The notes beneath the pieces were generated by a model. That model worked only from the letters and a program-made list of their open reading frames with translations, made no database searches and had not been told where the DNA came from. 64,000 bases of DNA from Octopus sinensis. Lineage: Eukaryota. The stretch is from positions 106,082,001 through 106,146,000 of the forward strand of contig NC_043001.1 in NCBI RefSeq assembly GCF_006345805.1, read 5' to 3'. The translations under genes and the position numbers were made by a program. Within the stretch, counting starts at the first letter, position 1; each line of letters starts with the position of its first letter. Positions 54,166 to 64,000 of this stretch are shown here, piece after piece.

Positions 54166-55246
54166 CTTCTAAGCATTTCGCCCGGTGTGCTAACGTTTCT
54201 GCCAGCTCGCCGCCTTAATAGTCCGATATAGCTTGAAGACCGATATAGCTAAGATGATTTTATCCTTTCTCATCCTCCCGTGATGTACCTCTACTCTTCT
54301 AAAGGTATTTGCAGACTGTTGTGCGTTCATACACACGTACACACTTACTCACGTACCCATACAAACAGATATATTGTAAGTTAATACAGCTTCGGTAAAA
54401 TACTATGAACTTATCTTAAATTCTAAGCAACACAGACAGTTTAGTGTCAGCAAATCGTGTTATAATAGAGGCGGAAAGATATCGATGCATTATCTGTGTT
54501 TCCACATGCAATGAACTTTGTGGGAATATATGAATGCAATCGTGGTTGTGTGCGCTTGTTTGTTTATAGATGTCATGGTATGTATGAAGTCGGTTACTTC
54601 ACTTTAGTATCATCTTCTCTCATAACAAACAATAGAAATTCTAATTTATATACAGAAATTAAAAACCAACTATATGCACACACATTTCACTCAAATCACA
54701 TTTGCCTTAAATTTTAATGACCAGAAAATTAAATGTCGCTTGTTATACGAGAGAGACCATATTTTTTTTTTTTTTTCACGCGTTGAAACTTTTTATTGAA
54801 AATCACCTTTCTCAAATATTTTCAACTCAACATTTTGCCTTGTTTGCTTTATAATATTTTTCGATTCTTGCAATTACTAATTATTTCGCTTATAAAAATT
54901 GTAAACAATATTTCAGTTCCAATGTGATTATAAAGCGACAAAACAATTTTGACAGTTAATGATTTTTTTCTGTTCATTTATGTATTCTGTAACACGATTT
55001 TTGTTCTTTAAATTTAATGTAATTACAGAAAATATTTGCAAAACAAAACATGCAATCAAAGTAGTAATCACGCTCGGCATCTCCTGTTGCATTGGAATTT
55101 GGGTTGAACTATTTATATGTCCTACTAACCCACATGTCGAGAAAAATAGGTTTCTTCTTCACCAAGAATCCTTTATATTGTAGAAGGCTCTGAATTAGAA
55201 ATATTATATATATATCAAAATAAGCAACAATGATTTCCAGGGGTAA

Positions 55247-55332
55247 TGCAGTACGATCGTTTCAAGCAACTCCATTTAATTGAACAATGCAATCATTACA
55301 TCAATTTAAATGCAGAGCAATCCTCAGCTACA
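55247..55332 (-). ncRNA. type I hammerhead motif with long imperfect stem II
   Basis: tgtag-CTGAGGA-tt gc..gc tt-GAAA-cgatcg-TA-ctgca. Confidence 0.6.
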
Positions 55333-55375
55333 TATATACATGGAATTTAATCAAATTAAAACAAATAGACATATT

Positions 55376-55727
55376 ACTCTTTTACTTGTTTCAGTCATTT
55401 GACTGCGGCCATGCTGGAGCACCGCGTTTAGTCGAGCAAATCGACCCCGGGACTTATTCTTTGTAAGCCCAGTACTTATTATATCGGTCTCTTTTGCCGA
55501 ACCGCTAAGTGACGGGGACGTAAATACACCAGCATCGGTTGTCAAGCAATGCTGGGGAGACAAACACAGACACACAAACACATACACACACATACATATA
55601 TATACATATATACGACAGACTTCTTTCAGTTTCCGTCTATCAAATCCACTCACAAGGCATCGGTCGGCCCGGGGCTATAGCAGAAGACACTTGCCCAAGA
55701 TACCACGCGGTGGGACTGAACCCGGGT
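55376..55727 (-). mobile_element. SINE family 1
   Basis: match to other copies; head truncated. Confidence 0.85.
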
Positions 55728-56067
55728 AACATCGTATACTTAATATTACTATAATTTTACTTAAAATCTGCAGCAAGGGAATGCGATAGACAGAGAACAT
55801 GCTGTCGTCACTGCACCTTAGAAGATACTAAGTTATCAGGAAGAAAGACTTGTTATAGATTTTGCTTTTCACTGTTTTATGGGGTTAGTTTTAATTTATA
55901 GACTAGTTTATAAACTTTTTGTATATCTAAGGCCAAAAAAGCAAGACGTAATGCCTGTTAGGACGTGGGATGAGGGAGTCGATAGAAATAATAGTGGGTA
56001 TAGTTAATTAGGTAAAATTATACTAATGTGTCCATCTGTTTTAATTTAATTAAATTCTATGTCTTTG

Positions 56068-56153
56068 TGCAACTGAGGATTGCTCTGCATTTAAAATGTT
56101 GTAATGATTGCATTGTTTAATTAAATGGAGTTGCTTGAAACGATCGAAGTGCA
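56068..56153 (+). ncRNA. inverted, mutated copy of the 55247 hammerhead
   Basis: tgcaa-CTGAGGA..GAAA-cgatcg-AA-gtgca; U16.1 changed to A. Confidence 0.45.
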
Positions 56154-56230
56154 TTACCTATGGATATCCTTGTTGCCTACTTGGATTTTAATCACATTAC
56201 TTTGAAATTGTGTGGATATATATATATATA

Positions 56231-56262
<32 letters not shown>

Positions 56263-56287
56263 ATGTATGTATATGTATGTGTGTATG

Positions 56288-56355
<68 letters not shown>

Positions 56356-57444
56356 GTGTGTGTGTAGAGGTGACAAAACTACCACGTATATCAGAACACA
56401 AAAATGGTGCAATATTTACCAAGACAGAGAACTTTTACATGGCTCACTGGTGCTGCAGAGAAGACAATCAGCGCTCTGTCCGCCCTAAAGACTACCACAT
56501 TTCGTGATTTCGATTTGACTTAACCTTCTAAGTGATAGACAGCAAGCACCTTAGAAAATATATATAAAATATATATACAGGTCATATGAAAAGATTGTAA
56601 ATGCTTGATACTGGAAGTAATTAGGTCTTAGATTTAGACACTTTTATTTAACAGATGTTATTGGAAGCAATTGCAAATCAATATTTTCTGATTCTGCTCA
56701 TAGATTTATGACATTGGATATTCGGTTGCATACGTCACTAAGATTAATTGTAATGCACATATAAGGGAAATTCTTCATGCAAACACATAAATCTTTTCCC
56801 GTGTTGAAATATTTCTGTCAAATAACCTATTCAAACCATGTTGCGATAAAATACCAAATTTATTTCAAATAATATATTTTTTTTGTTTTGTTCCATTGAT
56901 TATATTTTTAATTATTCCAATTAGTCTTTTGCTTAGGAAAATGGAAAAGAGTTCTCCAGATTCATTGCAATTATAAAGCCACAAATCAACATCAAATTTA
57001 GTGATTTTCACTATGGTATTTTTTTTATATTTTCTATTTTAGCTTTAATGTAATTAGTGAAAATATTTACAAATTCGTCTTAAAAACATCTGAAAATAAA
57101 TCATGGAAGCAAAATAATATTCAAACTTGGAATCGATCATTTCATTGGAATTCAGTTTACACTAATTACAATTTCCTAACACGTACGTCAAGAAAAATAG
57201 TTTCTTTTCTACATTAGGAACACTATCCAGGTGTTAAAACTCTAGAAGAGGTATATATGACCTAAGAGCAACTAACTCGTTAAATAACATACATATATGT
57301 ATATATATATATATATATATAACCATACATACATACATATATATATATACATGCATGCATACACACATACATACAAATATACATATACATAAACATACAT
57401 ACATACAAAAACTCTATTCTGTCAACACGTCAAATGTAAAATCA

Positions 57445-57540
57445 TTTCCTGAAGACGAAGGCTGATGATGTTATCCAATGATGGAATCAAGTTACAATCA
57501 ATATTTTGACGCACCAAGCCTTCAGAAACAACTGTGGGGC
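57445..57540 (+). ncRNA. decayed hammerhead motif
   Basis: CTGAAGA-c GAAGGCT..AGCCTTC a-GAAA-caactg-TG; G at the cleavage position. Confidence 0.4.
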
Positions 57541-57615
57541 TCTTAAAACTCTTACTCCTCATCTTTAGTTTCTGACATCGTTTCTGTTCTTTATAAGTCC
57601 GACTTTTATATATAT

Positions 57616-57654
<39 letters not shown>

Positions 57655-57933
57655 GGATATGTGCATTCTTTGTATTAATGTATAAATTTTTTTTTTTATT
57701 ATCAACTTGATTAACTTGTTTACTCCTCTGCCAGCTCAAGTTCAAATCTCTTGTGCACTACGAAGTGTATTCTATACAGAGAATACCTGTCTCCAATCTA
57801 CACACAGATACACACACACGCACACACACACACTCACACATACACCCAAAAATACAAACACACACATACACACGCACACACACACACACACACACACATT
57901 ATATATATATATTATATATATATATATAATATA

Positions 57934-58037
57934 TTGGCCTGCTCGCTTAGCTAGCAGGGTGGCGTCTTTCGCAGGATAAAACAATGCGAACGCATTGTAA
58001 CGAGCGATGTGTAGCAACATCTGATGGTCTGGTCGGT

Positions 58038-58043
<6 letters not shown>
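57934..58043 (+). mobile_element. SINE family 3, 3' part
   Basis: matches ~38897-39007. Confidence 0.75.
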
Positions 58044-58092
<49 letters not shown>

Positions 58093-58107
58093 CATATATA
58101 TATATAC

Positions 58108-58171
<64 letters not shown>

Positions 58172-58252
58172 CATATATATATTTACATAGATATATAACA
58201 TATATATATATACATATACATATATATATACATATATATATATACATATATT

Positions 58253-58292
<40 letters not shown>

Positions 58293-58300
58293 TATAATAC

Positions 58301-58331
<31 letters not shown>

Positions 58332-58375
58332 CATTATATATATACATATATATATATACATATATATATATACAT

Positions 58376-58407
<32 letters not shown>

Positions 58408-58433
58408 GTATATATATATATATATATATATAT

Positions 58434-59213
58434 TGCTGTGGCGACAGCCATCATTTCCCCTGGAGGATTGGAAGAATGGAGAGGCCGAATTCTTATGAAG
58501 AATAGTGTTTGGTAGTAATCGGAGACAGCGTTTTGAAAGTTGAACTGCAGACTTTGGGTGGAACAGGTATGTTTTGCCGTCCTGCGGCGGTATTGTTCGA
58601 CGTCCTCCCGCTTGTTTGATGAAGTTACCTGTGACAAATAATGTTTTAAAATGAGGTATTAATAGGTTCAATGAAGTCGCCCGGAGGTGGCCGCCGAACG
58701 GTTTCATTTCATTTATCATTTTATCTAATTCATCGTTTTCATCCGTTATTTTTTTTTGTCCCAACCATGTGCTGTTTCCTCTGTGTTGCCAACAAAAGTA
58801 AGAGAGCGTTTCAGTAGTCTCGCAAAGTACGTCGTGTGAACACATTGATTAAACCTCCGCTACATAATTTATCAATACACACCACACCTGTGGCGACAAA
58901 ATATTCGAAGATTGCTTAGGACGTTAAATGTTTTCTTTTTTTTTTTTTGGTACGAAACAAAAGAAAAAATATTTAACATGGAAGAATTGTTGGCTCGCGT
59001 GACAGAGCTGCAACAGCAACGACAGCAGTTACAACAACAACAATCTCAGCAGTTACTGGATGTAATGTTGAAATCTAAAAATACTTCAGGTTCGTTCTCG
59101 TCAATTGATGAATTTATCTATAACGCAAAAGAAGGTCATACTTTTTCTTCGTATTTTAGAAGATACGAAGAAAACTTCAAAAAGAATGTAAAAATTGGAA
59201 TGACAAAAATACT
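58434..59213 (+). mobile_element. Ty3/Gypsy LTR (58434-~58886), PBS-like TGTGGCGAC and 5' gag fragment (58978-59213)
   Basis: TG..CA bounds; gag-like MEELLARV..QQQ..IDEFIYN..GHTFSSYFRRYEE. Confidence 0.65.
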
Positions 59214-59989
59214 ATGACTATTTATGGCATTCCGTGTATTGTTAAAACTGCATGGCAGTTGCCTACAACTCTGACGAACATTCTTAGTAGCTTTTCTTCT
59301 ACAGGAATATGCGATTTTAATCACAACATTTTCACATACAGCGACTTTGCACCAAGCTCTGTCACTGGCCGACCGGATCCTGCACTTTCAGCACCTGCAA
59401 CACCTGAGCCTTCAAGCAACATAGCCGCCAGGTATTTTCTTTCACCATTTCAAATCCGTTCACTACCCAAAGCAGGCCTAAGAAAGAAACCACCAGAGGA
59501 GGAAAGAAACATTGTTCTGAAATCCTCATTAAAAGAGCAATCACAGAAGAAAAGACAAAAAGTAAAACTAAAAAGAAGACAAACATTGATAAAGGAACGA
59601 TAGGAAAAGGACTCAGTAAGGACAGGTCAACGAAGGGAAAAGTTCAAACTGTTTTGGAAAATGTTCAAATTCAAGAAAGTGATACCACTGATGAGGAAGA
59701 GTGCTATTGTGTAGTGTGCTACGAGCCTTTTTCCAATAGCAAAGGAAGGGAAGTGTGGCTTCAATGCTCTGATTTAAAGGTTGGGCTCATGAGGCATGCA
59801 CACCAGGTCTGACAATATTCAGATGCCCAAATTGTGACTCTGATGATGATATGTAATGAAACCGTAATAAAGGCCCTTGATCAAACCAACAAGCTTATAT
59901 CATGTGTTTCTGTCCACTAACATGTATGTTCCAAGAAAATGCATTCATGTGTCAACATACCCCATTACATGTGTCAACTTGCCCCGGTA
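59214..59989 (+). mobile_element. pogo/Tc-like DNA transposon 3' part: transposase C-terminus + PHD finger + TIR
   Basis: NILSSFSSTGICDFNHNIF..DFAPS; CYCVVCYE..WLQC..WAHEAC..CPNC; ends GTGTCAACTTGCCCCGG-TA. Confidence 0.75.
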
Positions 59990-59991
59990 TC

Positions 59992-60115
59992 GCGGCAAGT
60001 TGACACATTTAAGTGGTTTTAGAAAATGTAGTTAGAGGGGGCAGATTTTTTTTCCTCAATTTAAGCACTACTCTATGTTACATATAGGGAGCTAGCTTTT
60101 CTTTTATCCAATAGC
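59992..60115 (+). mobile_element. left end of a second copy of the pogo-like element
   Basis: GCGGCAAGTTGACACA is the inverted complement of the preceding TIR. Confidence 0.5.
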
Positions 60116-61191
60116 TTAAAAAATACACACACATTCACACACACACACACACACACACACTCAAATAAACACACGCTCTCACACAAATTTTAATATTTAG
60201 ATGATTTAAATGCGAGCTTCTATTAGTTTCATGCCTCTGAAAATATAACAGTCGTACGACTTTGTATACCGTGGCGAATATTTTCAGATAGTAATTCAGA
60301 TTCGAAATGCAATGACCACATTTTGAGTTAAAGCGAAAATAACATGAAACTAAAAGAGAAAAACTTAAAAGACAAAAGCCTAATGATAAAAGAAAAAAGA
60401 AATATGAAGGAAATGAATAAAAGTTACGCTCATATGCTCCTCAGAAGCAGATCCAGTATGGTTGGTGCAATTAATTCAACGAGGAATGGTATGTTTATGA
60501 TTCTGCATGGTTTAACCAGAGAGTATGGTGTTTTCCAGTTCAACAATAGAAACTTGTTCAGATGCTTATATGTAATAAACATTTCAGATCCAGAAATCAG
60601 TAAGTTACTAGATTTATAAGACCGTATGCAATTATATATTGGATACTTCTATCTAAAATCAAGCGTAAGTTTATATACAGCTTCAGAGAAAACATATATA
60701 TAGTACATGAGAATTATACCAGAAAGCGTCGATTAATGTTGTAGCACCGTCTCGTGAAATGCTCCACTGATTCAGCTACATTTTTAGAGCAAGAACAGCT
60801 AAAAATAAATTTGCTCGTGCATATAATCGTACGTAAATTACGGTTGATCAGCATGTGGTAAAAAAATGTAAACTTAGAAATGCACTGGAGATATTTCTGC
60901 TTACATATCTAGTTAAAGTAAATGCCTGGAAGCTATTCCAAGCTATACTTTTACACTTTGATGCATTGGGAAAGTTGCATAAGAAACTGAAGCATAGTAG
61001 AATAGAAAAGGTTGCTCAACATTTCACTGTATTAATATATTTCTGCGTTCATATTATTAAATATAATTTGCGTAGATATTCAAATCTGTCAACTGCATAT
61101 TCGTGTCTACATTCTGCTCGAGTTATACGTGCAGTCCTTGCGTATGTGCGTGTGTTTGCGTTGCTTATTAGTGTCTAGCTAGCTCGGTAGG

Positions 61192-61265
<74 letters not shown>

Positions 61266-61345
61266 AATTCATACAAATATATTGATAGAGACATGAATAA
61301 AATATAGCCTTGTAACTAATGCATGTGTTTGTGTGTGTGTGTGTG

Positions 61346-61396
<51 letters not shown>

Positions 61397-62501
61397 TGTT
61401 TGTGTGTCCCCAATCCATTCAACTGGTAAAAAGTTAGTTGCACCTGTATTTCAAAGGGCAAGCCCTGTCACGTTGTTTGTCACACTGAATATCTCTGAGA
61501 ACTACATTAAGGGTACCCTTGCAGAATATTTTCACGAGGAGGCTTCTGTAGTAACCGACGGAATGTTCTAATGATCCAATTTTTTTTAATATACCTAAAA
61601 CTATTCATTATTTAATGATATCGTCATTTTTGTAATGTTTTTTTTTCGACATGAGGTAAATGTGACTGTTATTTCTAACAAGTCTTGCAATCAAATCAAA
61701 GCTACCTTGTTGATTCGCATTCTTTTTCGTTTCATCAAATGATTTCACTTAATAACGAATTCTTTCGCGGAGCTTCACTACTAAGGAAATTTTACTCAAC
61801 AGAACAGACTACGTACGTCATACAACAATGTAAGTCGAAGATTAAGAATAAATATATGATAATAATTGGAATTTATAAATAATCTACTAAATTTTAACGA
61901 CAGTCTATCGTACAATTATTCAGCTGAAGGCCTCTTGTATATCGAATAATGGTAAATAGAATTCTAATTCATATTCACAAATTCATGCGGCTTGGTATTT
62001 CATAGATTCTGTAATTCCACGAAAATCTCAGCGTTTATACTGATATTTTATAAAGAGATAGCGCTGCTCTTGAAAATTACAATCCAATAGAATCATATTC
62101 ATAATGATTCTGATGACAACAACAACATAATGAGCATGACGATTATGGCGATTTAATACTTCGATATAAATGTAACGATGAAAATGGAGAAAAAATGCTT
62201 ACGTGGTGTCTCTTTCAATCTTGTATCTTACTATATTACAAAAAGTCGATTTACATTTTCATCGATACCGACTCAGTGGTGGCACCGTTCTCTTATATAC
62301 AGGGGCCTATCTAGGGTAACTGGCGTTCAGGGCAAGCATCAAAATTGCGAACCTTTCTCCCAACCAAAAAGTGGAAATTCGCATAGAAAAATGAATAGCT
62401 AAGTAAGAACTAAGTAAGAATGAATAACTAAATAAGAACAACCAAACTGTCCGATCTCTTGGATGGCGATAAGCAAAACAAACCACGCCTGAAAATGTTT
62501 A

Positions 62502-62725
62502 CTCTTTACTATTTTACTTGTTTCAGTCATTTAAATGTGGCCATGCTGGAGCACCGCCTTTAGTCGAGCAAATCGACTCCAGGACTTATTCGTTGTAAAC
62601 CTAGTACTTATTATATCGGTCTCTTTTGCCGAACCACTAAGCTACGGGGAAATAAACACACGAGCATCGGTTGTCAAGCGATGTTGGGGGGACAAACACA
62701 GACACACAAACATATACAGACATAT

Positions 62726-62774
<49 letters not shown>

Positions 62775-62945
62775 CATATATACGACGGGCTTCTTTCAGT
62801 TTACGTCTACCAAATCCACTCACAAGGTTTCAATCAGCCCTAGGATATACCAGAAGACACTTGCCCAAGTTTCCACGCTGTGGGACTGAACCCGGAACCC
62901 TGTGGTTGGGAAGCAAACCTCTTGCCATACAGCACACCTGCGCCT
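62502..62945 (-). mobile_element. SINE family 1, full length
   Basis: head and tail match. Confidence 0.85.
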
Positions 62946-63544
62946 ACGTGTTAAGAAATAAATATAAAGTGATGTCCCCAATCGAAATGCATGCGTATAG
63001 CGCCAAAGCAAACAGTGATATAGCGGAAGTGGCAATGTAGGGCAGTCTATATCAGCAACTATGGTGTATTCTATTGAATTCCCCGGTGGGATATCTTTGT
63101 AGAAACTGTGCCATGAAGAGAAATCAATAGTCCTACATCGGAAAATATTCATTAAAATTATCTTAAGAATCGTTTCCTGATTTCGTGTAAACTGAAGCTG
63201 CAAAGAGTATACAATAGTGTTTCCTACATTCTTTTTTAGAATAAGATAATATTGAATAATTTTATATTAATATTAAATAAATTTACAATAAATACAGGAA
63301 AATATATTTAGGTAAAAAGTACTTTTTATATCTGTTTCGTTTCTTCCTTTCATTTTTTCCATTTTTTTATTCTATAATTTACTTTATATATATTTATATG
63401 CATTCTTTTGCATCACCAATTTCTGATTCATAATCTTAATTCTTTACATTATATTATTCAATTTATAAAATATATTTTCCTTTTTCTTATAATTTACTTC
63501 TTTTGCATTCATGTCGTACATTGAGTTCATTCATTTATAGATAC

Positions 63545-63790
<246 letters not shown>

Positions 63791-64000
63791 TTCGGGTCAC
63801 GCAACTTTACATTATTACTTCCGTTCATTTACATTGTTGTCTTTTCATTGGAAATTAATTTAAAATACTCTTACCGTGACAAAGAATATTATGCCTTGAA
63901 AAGAAAACTTGTACAAGTTATTTTCTATTCTTTTACATTGAGTTTGAAATAAATCATGAAATAAATAACAAAAGACGTATAACAATATATAAGAATAATG

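Noticed and set aside
62950-63203. Minus-strand frame with faint CUB-like wording (DIPPGNSIEYTIVA)
   Set aside because: Too weak to call by eye; the ORF runs into a SINE

Overview
Repeat-dominated, AT-rich eukaryotic DNA with no host exon I can support. The SINE families and the (TA)n/(TG)n/(GATA)n density match what I recognise as octopus (cephalopod) DNA; this is an inference, not a search result. Most of the ORF track is microsatellite noise. Transposon remnants: Penelope-like (PLE) RT/GIY-YIG at 1201-1718 (+) and 26405-27693 (-); a Charlie/Buster hAT at 4034-5930 (-); two mariner remnants; a Gypsy LTR plus gag start; a pogo-type C-terminus with a PHD finger; Helitron-like ends; many tRNA-derived SINEs. 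The main signal is invisible to the ORF track: a dense cluster of type I hammerhead ribozyme (HHR) motifs from about nine unrelated sequence families. Two non-coding tandem arrays carry one HHR per unit: a 534-bp unit x~2.9 (17238-18787) and a ~542-bp unit x~11 (19066-25162, with an internal inversion). This is the architecture of non-LTR retrozymes, which make self-cleaving circular RNAs. A 399-bp 1.4-mer and several inverted or fold-back elements carry further HHRs. In four families stem III is a different perfect 8-nt palindrome (ACAATTGT, ACGTACGT, ACTGCAGT, ACGATCGT), as expected for dimeric cleavage. All folds were paired by eye; activity and expression are untested.
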